Assembly: GCF_006345805.1 (NCBI RefSeq) | Contig: NW_021836284.1 | Span: 1 to 24,778, forward strand | Direction of reading: 5' to 3' | Length of the DNA stretch: 24,778 nucleotides | Source of the DNA: Octopus sinensis | Lineage: Eukaryota | Part shown: positions 12,234 through 22,529 of the stretch, one piece after another | How positions within the stretch are numbered: the first letter of the stretch is position 1 | How the letters are laid out: each line of letters opens with the position of its first letter | Made by a program: the position numbers and the translations under genes | The notes under the pieces: generated by a model | The model's database searches: none | Seen by the model: the letters and a program-made list of their open reading frames with translations, nothing else | What the model was told of the DNA's origin: nothing

Positions 12234-13272
12234 TGGCCCTCTCAGACATGCCCTCAGCCACGCAGAGAGCCACGATCACAAGTTATGCAGATGATACAAA
12301 AGTTTCACAGGCAATACAGAACCCTGAGGACACTAAACACCTGCAATGTGAGCTGGACGAAATATACAAGTGGGCTGAAAAGAATAGCATGCAGTTCAAT
12401 GCTGGAAAGTTTCAAGCTTTATACTATCAGCATGCAAAACTGAATGCAATACCCAATGAATACACTGGACCCGGAGGGATTGCAATCCCAGAGGCACAAT
12501 CAGTGCGTGACCTGGGTATTCACATGAGTGATGACGCGACCTTTCATGTACATGTTGCTAAACTGACAATGAAATGTAGACGGCTGCTGGATGATTCTTA
12601 GAACCTTTAGAACAAGAGAACAAAAAACCATGATGGTCCTCTGGAAGACACTTGTCCTAAGCCACTTTGACTATTGCTCTCAGCTATGGTCACCATCCAG
12701 TGTCAGTTGATCACAGAACTTGAGGCGATCCAACGAAGCTACACAACAGAAGATAGCCTCTATGCAGAATGTAAGCTACTGGGAAAGACTCAAGAGATTA
12801 AAATTATATTCTCTGGAGCGTAGGCGGGAAAGATATGCCATAATATACATCTGGAAGATCCTGGAGGGAAGTGTCCTGAACTTTGGCATCGAGAGTTACG
12901 CAAATGCCAGAACTGGGCGCCACTGCGTGGTGCCTAGGACTCCAAACCTGCCATCAAGATGTAGGACAATATTCTGTGAGAGCCTGGGCTTCCGAGGCCC
13001 ACAGCTCTTCAATATCCTCCCGAAGAACCTGAGAGACCTGCATGGGGTGGATACAATGTCTTTAAAATGAAGCTGGATCTCTTCCTGTCAGGTGTCCCAG
13101 ATGAACCAACTTCACGGCAGGAGGGGCAGATGAGGGCAGCTGCATCGAACTCTCTCATGCACCAAATAGCAGTTGCTAGAAAGCCTCCATGAAGTGAAAC
13201 CAAGTAGCAACACCAAATGGCGGTGCCCCAGCATGGCACAGCTCATAAGCTGAAACTAGAATCAATCAATCA
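12234..13272 (+). mobile_element. 5'-truncated LINE (CR1/L2 group): RT C-terminal half, 3' UTR and (AATC)n tail
   Basis: ITSYADDTK (YADD at 12284-12295), KWAEKNSMQFNAGKF, VRDLGIHMS, ILRTFRTR, FDYCSQLWSP, YWERLKRLKLYSLERRRERY; stop TGA at 13190-13192; 3' stem-loop CAGCT-CATA-AGCTG and AATC repeats; TA-rich repeats on both flanks. Confidence 0.93.
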
Positions 13273-13516
13273 TATATATATATATATATAGATATATATA
13301 TTATATAGAGAGAGAGAGAGAAGAGAGAGATGAGTGTATTTTTACCTTGTTAACAATTAACACGGATAAATGAATGAATAGTTACCAGGGCAGCAAAAAT
13401 CTCACAAGTAAAGATGTTAAGTCCTTGTTTATAAAGGTTGAAACTTCGTGTTTACGTTGAATATTTGAATATATGAATAAAAAATGGAGTTAACGCAGGT
13501 TTAAACAAGTATTTTT

Positions 13517-13603
13517 ACTTTCTACATATGTTTCGAAAATTTCACTGATACTTATTCAAAAGAATAAAAGGTATAAACAATGCAATCTTCTCTTCGGGAA
13601 AGT
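13517..13603 (-). ncRNA. Minimal type I hammerhead ribozyme, CCGAAGA core variant (left arm)
   Basis: Reverse strand reads ACTTTC-CCGAAGA-[long stem II closed by G-C]-GAAAC-ATAT-GTA-GAAAGT: perfect 6-bp stem I, palindromic stem III ACATATGT, GUA triplet. Confidence 0.75.
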
Positions 13604-13611
13604 GAAAAAAC

Positions 13612-13648
<37 letters not shown>

Positions 13649-13678
13649 AAAATGTCGTATGACAAGTTTCGTCTTTTC

Positions 13679-13764
13679 ACTTCCCGAAGAGAAGATTGCA
13701 TTGTTTATACCTTTTATTCTTTTGAATAAGTATCAGTGGAATTTTCGAAACATATGTAGAAAGT
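13679..13764 (+). ncRNA. Minimal type I hammerhead ribozyme, CCGAAGA core variant (right arm)
   Basis: ACTTC-CCGAAGA(13684-13690)-stem II(13691-13746)-GAAAC(13747-13751)-ATAT-GTA-GAAAGT; predicted cleavage after 13758; stem I has one bulge. Confidence 0.72.
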
Positions 13765-13842
13765 AAAAATACTTGTTTAAACCTGCGTTAACTCCATTTT
13801 TTATTCATATATATATATATATATATATAATATTCTTGTATT

Positions 13843-14161
13843 TTTTTTATTCTTTCACTTGTTTTGAGCATTCACCACCTTTTATTAGAAGAAATCCTCG
13901 ACCACAGGACTTATTGTTTGTAAGCCTAGTACTTATTCTATCGGTCCATTATGCCGAAACGCTAAGTTGCGGGGATGTAAACATCCAAGGATTGGTTGAC
14001 AAGCGATAGTGAAGGACAAACACAGAAACAAACACTAATGTATACACACACACACACACACATATAAATACATATACCTATCTATCTATCTATCTATCTA
14101 TCTGTCTATCTATCTGTATATATATATATATATACATGCATATATATATATATATATATAA

Positions 14162-14208
<47 letters not shown>

Positions 14209-14364
14209 CGACAGGCTTCTTTCAGTTTCTATCATTCATTTCCAGTCACAAGATTTTGGTCGGTCAGAGGCTATAGTAGAGGACACTTCCCCCAGGTGCT
14301 ATGTAGTGGAGCTGAACCTGGAACCACGTGGTTGGGAAGCAAGCGTCTTGCCACAGAGCCACGC
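13843..14364 (-). mobile_element. tRNA-derived SINE family B (CORE-like body, internal microsatellite), full length
   Basis: Reverse strand: GCGTGGCTCTGTGGCAAGACGCTTGCTTCCCAACCACGTGGTTCCAGGTTCAG head, GCACCTGGGGGAAGTGTCCTCTACTATAGCCTC body, internal (TA)/(GATA)/(TG) array at 14040-14205, 3' part ...CCGATAGAATAAGTACTAGGCTTACAAA..., A-rich tail. Homologous to 23460-23770. Confidence 0.85.
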
Positions 14365-15219
14365 AAACCATTCCAGGAGCAATGGTTTGCATAATTCATT
14401 CTGAGTTACGCTACAACTGCCAGCGATTGCATGATCGTTGAGAGAATGCTTATTGATCGCAAGTAGTTTTGATCAAGACTGATATGCATTTCAGCTATGG
14501 GTTCTACCTGAGAAGCAACAAAACAACTCGACTAGTTTGAAATAGCATTGATCCTAACTCGATGACAACATAAAACATAAATTATATCGCTTCGTGTGTA
14601 AGGTAAAAAGTTTCCACTGTTAACACTGAATCCGAGTGCAAATTTAAAAACCGAGTCGGTGATAAATGTATTCGTACCCGAGCAAGTACAATGGATACAT
14701 ATTTTATGTCTTTACTTTTAATGATTATTTAAATAAAATATGCTACTTACAGGAAGAAATGAATAAAGACATAGGGTAAGATCTCATAAAAACAGGACAC
14801 GAATCAAGTCAGAACGAAATCTACGTGAAGAAACAAACAAATTAACCATAGCAGAACAAATATACGTAGGAAGTAAAACAATACAGTAAACCAAGTGTTT
14901 ATAAGAAACATTGAAAAGTGACTTTAATGTGATCATTAGAAACAGTGTCTCCCAAAAGTTTTAGTTTGAAGAAGAAAATAAAAGAAACAAGCCGTTTACT
15001 GCTGCTACTACTATTTATACGAGTGAACGATAAAACATTTCTAACAAAATCCAATAAATGAAAATGTTTAGTACAATAGTACAGTCATCCTAAACCATGA
15101 GAAGTAAAAAGAAGAAAAATAAATATGGAATACGGGGGTTAATAAACACCTGTGTAACATAACCATTTTGAAATGTAGTATGAATATACAAATATTTGTG
15201 TTTTAGAGAGATGTTATAC

Positions 15220-15303
15220 AGAAATATGTGTGTGGGTGTGTGTGTGAGTGTGTGTGTGAAAGAAAAAAGTAATAGATATACATACACACACAAACACACA
15301 CAA

Positions 15304-15348
<45 letters not shown>

Positions 15349-15430
15349 AAGAGAGAGAGAGAGAGAGAGAGAGAATTATAAATACGTTTACATGTACTTA
15401 TAAGTATGTATGCACACACACTCTTATATA
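15220..15430. repeat. (TG)n/(CA)n/(TA)n/(GA)n compound microsatellite
   Basis: Direct inspection. Confidence 0.9.
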
Positions 15431-17839
15431 CACACAGTAACTTATATAGAATGCGTACGTTGAAAATAAAAGCAAACAGTATTTAGACTCAGTAAATATA
15501 TGTTCTCGTAAACCAATATGAATAGCATAAAATAATATCTCATCACCACGCATAAAAGTAAAAGGTGGGGGTACCAAAGTACATATTATAGAGAAAAGAA
15601 GGGAAAATGAGAAACAGAGAAAATGAGGGAAGAATCCGAACAAAAGTTGTTAATACTGAAGACGTGAGGGAAAAAAGCATTTCATTGTACATCTACAGTG
15701 AAATTATTCTACTGACGAAAGCCAAAACACTAAATGCCATAATTGTTATTACATACTCCACGAATTAGTAGAGTTTTATTGGAAGGTTGATTGGCTTGCT
15801 CTGATTAGCAACCAAATCTCACTGAAATCACGTTCTCTCACCTTTGTGATTTAAATTTGGTATTAGGAAACTGTATTGAAGCCTGACAGGTAGAATGTAT
15901 CTATGATTTAATGCATGCAGCGCTGAAAAACTTTGTCTAGCTGATTCTGCCGAAGAATTACGATAACGTGTATCTTCGGATTGCTTAGCCACTTACACAT
16001 TAGTTCAGGAACAGGTCATTTAGTTGATGAAACAAGAAGATATTCATTGCCAAACAACGGCGTTTGAAAACCATATTTCAAAATAAATAAATAAATAAAT
16101 AAATAAAATAAAATAAAAAAGAGAAAAAATGAAAACATAATGCGATGAAATAAATTGTTTTAAAAAACTGAATCATCTAAGAAAATCATCGTGTTAAGCG
16201 TGGTTTACGGATCCCAGCGACGGCTAATTTGTATCTTAAGTTTTACTGACAATAACATATCATATCAGAATGAGACAAGTAAAAAGAGAAGACATTATAA
16301 GAGAAGCAATACAAAAATGTATCCAATAGTAATAAAATACGAAAATCGCCATTTAGCTGTAGTGACGAAATACCTTCTCCAATTTACTAGTCAAATGAAT
16401 GCAAAGAATTTATTGAGAGTTAACAAAATTCTTTTCATATATACAAAATTAAAGATGTGAAGGCTGACTACCTAAATCACTCACTAGTTTTACGTGGTAG
16501 CCAAAGAAAGAAGGACGTTTGCTCTTATGAGGTAATTTCACTTCTGAATTTAGAACAGTTAAATATGTGGAAAGTTTATGTGCAATGCACACTAGATAAA
16601 AAAGAAAATGCGTATCCTTCATCGTTGCAACAAAATGGTAGATGTGAGATTAAAATAAGCGCAAAAGATGAAAACAGAAAACCATAAGTAAAACAAAAAC
16701 AGTACTAATAAATTCGAAAGATGGAAATAAGAACAGAGATAAATGTAGAAAGCAATTACTCTGTTTGAGGCATGCTAAAATACGACGTACGTCATTAATA
16801 ATCATAAAACACGATAAGTATGTACGATAAGGAAAGAAGGGAATTCAAACATCACTGGTGTACGCCAATATAACAAAGCCGAGGGTAGATTAATCTAGTA
16901 GCGTGCAATTCCTTAATTTACTAGGACAAACTAGAGTCATAAAGAGCGAATATCAACAATTTTCTAAAAATAGGTAACCACATAGAAAAAGGTTGTATTA
17001 AAAGTCATCACTTGTTGCTAAGAAATGTGAATTAGTGCTTGTGTAGCATGCCGACAGGTTGCAGGGTTACAATTTTCAGTATCTCAGAGTTGCAACGTCA
17101 GACGAAATCACTAAGAGAGGCTCTACTTTCGCTTGCCTTGCTGCAAACCAGCTGTAAAAGTGTAAGGCGAGATAAATATTCTAACGGCTGTCTAGATAAT
17201 GTAGTGTAAATCATTTCCTCTTAACAGGAGAAACAGGTTAGCTTTAAGGTTATCAACTCTGACCTACATTCGCGGAATTCTACATGGCTAACATCCATAT
17301 ATTTAGGATCTGGCATAACTATAACAAAAATTATGGTTACAAAAATACACCTTAGATATAAATGCAGTAATAAGTAATAATATATGGTATCGCACAAAAG
17401 CACCAACAAATGCTTATATAAAATCTGCTAAGAGTGAATGCCCCCATGCATAAAAAATATCTATAATGCATTTAAATTTCCATCCTCTAATGGAGCCTTT
17501 AAATAGGAAAATCCTACAGGGAAAACAACCGTTTGTTAATAATGGCAACCATGATAGATTAGTAGATGAGGTCGGAGAGTAATAAAAGAACAAATTCATG
17601 CACACTGTTGCAGCAACCATTAAAATGATACATAAACCTTATCTTATACCATAGGAACCATGGGCGTTCAAGTTATAAATGGATGAATATTTCAAGCCGA
17701 ACCACATATTCATAGTTAAAATATATCACAATAACGCAGGAGTGAAAAACATTCAATTGTTAACTCCATGAAATACATCGTTTTTAGGTGTCTAATATGT
17801 ATTTTACCTTCTGTAATATTATTCTTATACACACAATAT

Positions 17840-17878
17840 ATGTATGTATGTATTTATGTATGTATGTGTACATATCTA

Positions 17879-17977
<99 letters not shown>

Positions 17978-18006
17978 ATATATATATATATATATATCTA
18001 TCTATA
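17840..18006. repeat. (TATG)n-(TCTA)n-(TA)n compound microsatellite
   Basis: Direct inspection. Confidence 0.96.
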
Positions 18007-19236
18007 TAAAAATGTAATTATTCTTTCATTTTATATTATTTATTTATCACACCCACATATATTTCTTTATCTCCTATTTATTTATAGCTGAGACGTCAAG
18101 AGATTGATGTGAAATCCTAAATACGCTTAATATCAAAAGTTTTAAAGTTATCGCTTTCGGAACAATGTTTCAGGAAAAAGTCTGTTGGATTTTTAATTTG
18201 AATAAAAACGATAAAAAAATAAACATTACTCGCATGCTTATTTTGAAATTTATTTTAATAAACACTATTTTATCAGATCTCTTTTGTGGAAGTACATTCG
18301 TATGGGCGTTCTTTGTCATACGCATTTTTATCGGCGTTTCTTTGTCTGGCGAAAATTTTTCCGTGTGCCCTTTCTTTATATGAAGAACGTCAAAAGCGAG
18401 GAGTCGTATCCTATTTATATTTTGTCATGCTCGATATAGTTTATCGCACCTCAACTAATTTATCTACCTTTGGTGAATATGAATAGAACCATTTATCTGT
18501 TATCACACATTTTTTTCATTTTTTGCTTCGTTTGATAGAATCAATAATCGTATGCATTGAAAGCCCTAATGCAATCCCAACACGGATTCCACTGATATGA
18601 ATGTATCAAGCAATACTTCAATATTTTAAGTCTTCTTCAACAACCAGAATATTTCATAAAACTTTTTATACCGCTACACCTACATTCACTATTCACAGTA
18701 CAGTAAACAAATACAGATTGCTATTCTTTCCATGTACAATGTGGCTGTGGATTAATATAGCGATTAAAAAAGATGATCAGCGTTGTGTTTGAGACATGAA
18801 TGTAAATTGACAGACTTACTTTTATTTCTTCAAAACCCGAATTTAATCTATCAATTTTTTTATCACTCTACCTGTGTAGTATTTGAAATAATCTAGCATT
18901 AAAATGTGCCAAAAATAAACATTTTTAAACATTCAACAACATAGAGACCGGATGTTATATTACAGTATGTCTGCCGTCGGTGACCAAAAAATATCACTGA
19001 CTCTGTTACAATTTTTTTTCGGCACGCTAAGGGGCTGAACGCTGCGTTATCATATGTCATATCAGCAAGGTCTGATGGCAGGGCCTGGTCTCTTACTGGT
19101 TGATATGCTACACCAATCACTCAGTGCGGTATTTCATTTACCTTTTACCACTAGAGTCGAAATATCTTAATCATGAAATCATCTGATCATTCGATAAATT
19201 AGAGCAGTTGTTATATAAATGTGTGCTTGTTTTCAG

Positions 19237-19377
19237 TGGCAAAGGAAATCGTACTGCCACTGTTAACACCTGTTTTCCTGCATACCGATATATCAGCGTT
19301 GCGGTATCACCTGTCGTGTTAGTCTACAATGTCAGGGTCCTTCAACATATTCTGGTTGTTTTAGCGATCGTCTTGAA
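19237..19377 (+). other. Candidate 141-nt exon or pseudo-exon of an unidentified gene
   Basis: Acceptor GTGCTTGTTTTCAG, donor GAA|GTAAAC, length divisible by 3. One frame is fully open and hydrophobic; another has 7 Cys with one TAA. Confidence 0.25.
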
Positions 19378-19614
19378 GTAAACATACCTGAAGAACCCCT
19401 ATGGAATTTGAATACTACAGTGTTTCTTACCGTCTCGCACTCAGCGTTTTGCAGACCCATTATGTCAGCGCAGATATATATAATCAATTTGTAATCCATT
19501 CATTATTAATGAAGATAGAAAAAGAGTTTACGAAGACTGGTTTCAGTTATTCTCGAAGTTGTATAAAAGACAAGCTATTTATTTGTGATTACTCACAAAA
19601 TGTTGGACGAAAAT

Positions 19615-19633
19615 CTCTCTCACTTCCGCTCCG

Positions 19634-19700
<67 letters not shown>
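19615..19700. repeat. (CT)n-(TA)n microsatellite
   Basis: Direct inspection. Confidence 0.95.
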
Positions 19701-19702
<2 letters not shown>

Positions 19703-19895
19703 ATTAATTATAATAATAACATTGAAAAATACCTTAGGAATGAGAACCCAGGTTCGAAATTTCCCCAAGACACCTGATGAAGGATAGAGGGTATATCAAC
19801 CAAAACGTTGTGTTAACAACAAACAAGTTGAGGACAAATATCCGTCAAATGTAAATAATGTACGTAATTCCTCATCTCTTAAATATAGAACTGTA
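19701..19895 (+). mobile_element. Probable Penelope-like terminal-repeat fragment between microsatellites
   Basis: About 195 bp of non-simple sequence bounded by (TA)n and (TCTA)n that contains a degenerate hammerhead. Confidence 0.5.
19769..19814 (+). ncRNA. Degenerate minimal type I hammerhead ribozyme (G12 to A)
   Basis: GACAC-CTGATGA(19774-19780)-A-GG...CC-AAAAC-GTT-GTGTT: stem I GACAC/GTGTT, stem III palindrome AACGTT, GUU triplet; GAAA reads AAAA and stem II is mismatched. Confidence 0.6.
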
Positions 19896-19899
19896 TTTG

Positions 19900-20155
<256 letters not shown>

Positions 20156-20157
<2 letters not shown>

Positions 20158-20394
20158 GTATATTGGTAAAACGGTAAGATAACAAAAAAGAAGAGACCTC
20201 AATATTATGTAAATAGAGGAAATCTATCTATAAAATAATATGTTACATTACTCGATAGTCAAGATAAACTCTGAGAAAATAGCGTTTTCAAATAGCCAGG
20301 TAACCGAAGAGATGGCGTTGTGGATTCCCACTTCGGCATCTGAACACTCAGAGTTTTATCTTGACTATCGAGTAATGTAACATATTATTTTATA
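20156..20394. mobile_element. Probable Penelope-like terminal-repeat remnant with a head-to-head inverted duplication
   Basis: Arms 20229-20275 and 20347-20394 are reverse complements with one T indel; spacer plus right arm form a hammerhead fold; flanked by (TA)n on both sides. Confidence 0.55.
20292..20368 (+). ncRNA. Hammerhead-like fold with CCGAAGA core, degenerate at GAAA
   Basis: ATAGCCAGGTAA-CCGAAGA(20304-20310)-GATG.CG..GTGG-ATTC-CCAC..CG.CATC-T-GAA(C)ACTC-A-GAGT-T-TTATCTTGACTAT: stem I 11 of 12 pairs with one bulge, long stem II, near-palindromic stem III, GUU triplet. Confidence 0.6.
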
Positions 20395-20422
20395 TATATA
20401 TAATATATATATATATTTATAT

Positions 20423-20464
<42 letters not shown>

Positions 20465-20465
20465 C
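20390..20465. repeat. (TA)n microsatellite
   Basis: Direct inspection. Confidence 0.95.
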
Positions 20466-21019
20466 ATTTCATTCCCTTCATATACCTTTCTTTTTTTGCA
20501 TCGTTAATACTTTTCTATGTATATGCATAAATGCAAATGCAAATGTTTTTTTTCCAAGTTAAATTGCACTCCACACCTAAGCCTACGATGAAGGCATAAC
20601 GTTTTACTAAGGCACTCAATTATGTATCCACTGCATTCTTTAGTGGAAAAAGCTGTAAATTAATGAAGTTCATAAGATAATTGTTTACTCCTCTGTCATC
20701 CCATTCCCTCTCATATATATATGTGTGTGTATAGAAACACAAGCATAGATGTTTCAGGAAAATAACTTATGCAAAACTCTGTGTGAATCTCTATTTATAA
20801 TTTTCACTTGTTCATAGTATATCTCCAGCATTTATTTATATTTTGTGTATTTATATATCTCGGCCGTCTAAAATGTAGCCTCATATCATATTTACATTTT
20901 TATCCTGAGCGATTTAGCTTGTCACAACTAAATTGATTTATCGATCTGTGGAAAATGTGAAGAAAAACCATTTTAACTGTTTGCTTGGATTGTAGTTCAT
21001 TTTGATTGAATTTGCAAAA

Positions 21020-21126
21020 CCCTCTCTCTCTCTCATCCCATTTCCTCTTTCCATTCTTCTACTCTCTCTCCTCATCTAATTTCCCCCCTCTCTCTCTCTA
21101 CATATTGTAATGTATGTATGAGTGCA

Positions 21127-21157
<31 letters not shown>

Positions 21158-21377
21158 GTATATAGTAAATAATATATATATATTATATATATACATATAC
21201 ACACACAATATTATATAATATATAATTATATATATGTATATATATATATATATATATATACATATATATCATATGTATATATTATATATATATATGAATA
21301 TAATATAATATATATGTGTGTGTGTGTGTGTATCTGTACAATCGTACATATTTACATGTGTATATTCCTATATCTGC

Positions 21378-21417
<40 letters not shown>

Positions 21418-21505
21418 TTATCTATTTGTCTTATATTTATTTTGTATATATTGTAATATGAGTGTGCATGTGTGTCGTGTGCGTGTTTGTGTGTGTGTAT
21501 GTGTG
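21020..21505. repeat. (CT)n, (TA)n, (TG)n, (TCTA)n compound low-complexity block
   Basis: Direct inspection. Confidence 0.92.
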
Positions 21506-21601
21506 AAAAACGTTTTTATGGTAATGTGATATAAAGTATACTTGAAAAATGAAACAAATAAAAACATTTATTTTTATTATTTACTTCCTCCTTTACTCTA
21601 G

Positions 21602-21763
21602 GTTTGGATTCTGATCACGAATGCCATAAAATTGATGGAGATAATCCTGATTTAGTGCATCGATATGAAGTCGGAACATGAATCTCTTGTGAAGGATTCG
21701 TAATGTGGGAGGTAGATGTTGTGAAGGAACTCTTCGAAATATCTCTCAGAAACAGATTAATAA
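21602..21763 (+). other. Candidate 162-nt exon or pseudo-exon
   Basis: Strong acceptor TTACTTCCTCCTTTACTCTAG, donor AA|GTATGA, length divisible by 3; the phase-1 frame has a single TGA at 21679-21681. Confidence 0.28.
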
Positions 21764-21931
21764 GTATGAGAAATACCGGATGCTGTGTTTTGCAAATGCA
21801 CCGACCAGAGGGCATGGAAGTTCGTATCATACATCAACATTTTTGTTTTGCTCACTTCTATGCTAATTAAACAGAGCTATGATCAAAGACTTCCAAATCA
21901 TGACTATCCTTTCTTTTATCCTGGTATAATA

Positions 21932-22242
21932 CACAGTCGGGTGCAAATGTAGATATACAGTTATGAAAAAAGAAAACACGTACCATACTCATTTATTTTT
22001 ATCAAAAAAATAAAAATTAAAAGTTAGCCTCATTTTTGATATTTTCAACATCATTAATCATAATAATACATTTATCATAACTCCAATAATACTTTTATGG
22101 TATTATTGTATTATTTTAATTTTGTTGATAAAAATAAATAAATATAAATATTGTATTATTTTAATTTTTTTGATAAAAATAAAGAAATATAGTACTTGTT
22201 TTTTTTGTTCTTAAATGTATTCTTACTTTTGCACTCCCTGCA
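21932..22242. mobile_element. Possible decayed Tc1/mariner-type MITE
   Basis: Left end CAGTCGGGTGCAAATGTAG resembles the reverse complement of the right end (CAGGGAGTGCAAAAGTAA); TA near both ends; AT-rich interior with inverted sub-repeats and a 45-bp tandem duplication. Confidence 0.4.
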
Positions 22243-22312
22243 TAACCAAAACAAGTAAATCCAACCATAAAAATTTAGTTTAGAATTTATCTTTATTATC
22301 ATATATTTCTAG

Positions 22313-22529
22313 GTTCGATCCTGGTTCTTGGTATATTGGTCGAGTCTTTTATAGTATTGTTCAAACATATACTTTTGAGGCAAGTTATTTTGATGGAAAC
22401 GTGTACAAAGTTCGTTGTCTAGGTCGTACTTGTCATAGAGACAGCCAGTCCAGTCTATTACTCTATTATATATATTCTGCCCAAAAATTACGTGAAATTT
22501 ACATAACTCTGGAATACTCAGCCGCTTAA
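22313..22529 (+). other. Candidate terminal exon or pseudo-exon
   Basis: Acceptor TTATCATATATTTCTAG followed by an ATG-less open frame of about 72 codons (FDPGSWYIGRVFY...SAA*); no family recognised. Confidence 0.2.

Larger units (their letters stand above)
13330..13812. mobile_element. Penelope-like element terminal-repeat remnant with a head-to-head inverted duplication
   Basis: Arms 13469-13618 and 13664-13812 are reverse complements with 3 differences, separated by a T29-containing spacer. Each arm holds a hammerhead fold. No PLE ORF is in the window, so the class is inferred. Confidence 0.65.

Noticed and set aside
13164-13210. GTTGC...GAAAC-CAA-GTA-GCAAC hammerhead-like pattern at the LINE stop codon
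   Set aside because: The 5' core (TAGAAAG) lacks A9 and U4, stem II does not pair, and the sequence is explained by LINE coding and UTR sequence.
13541-13740. Both substitutions between the palindrome arms are A/G-type transitions, as if copied from edited RNA
   Set aside because: Only two events, fully compatible with ordinary transition bias.
16191-16687. Two adjacent + strand ORFs (89 and 76 aa)
   Set aside because: No recognisable motif, non-ATG start for the first, no convincing splice sites; lengths are compatible with chance.
18967-19127. Fragments resembling EGF-like GW..C motifs with TGA at Trp-like positions
   Set aside because: Requires several frameshifts and substitutions to assemble; too likely to be pattern over-reading.
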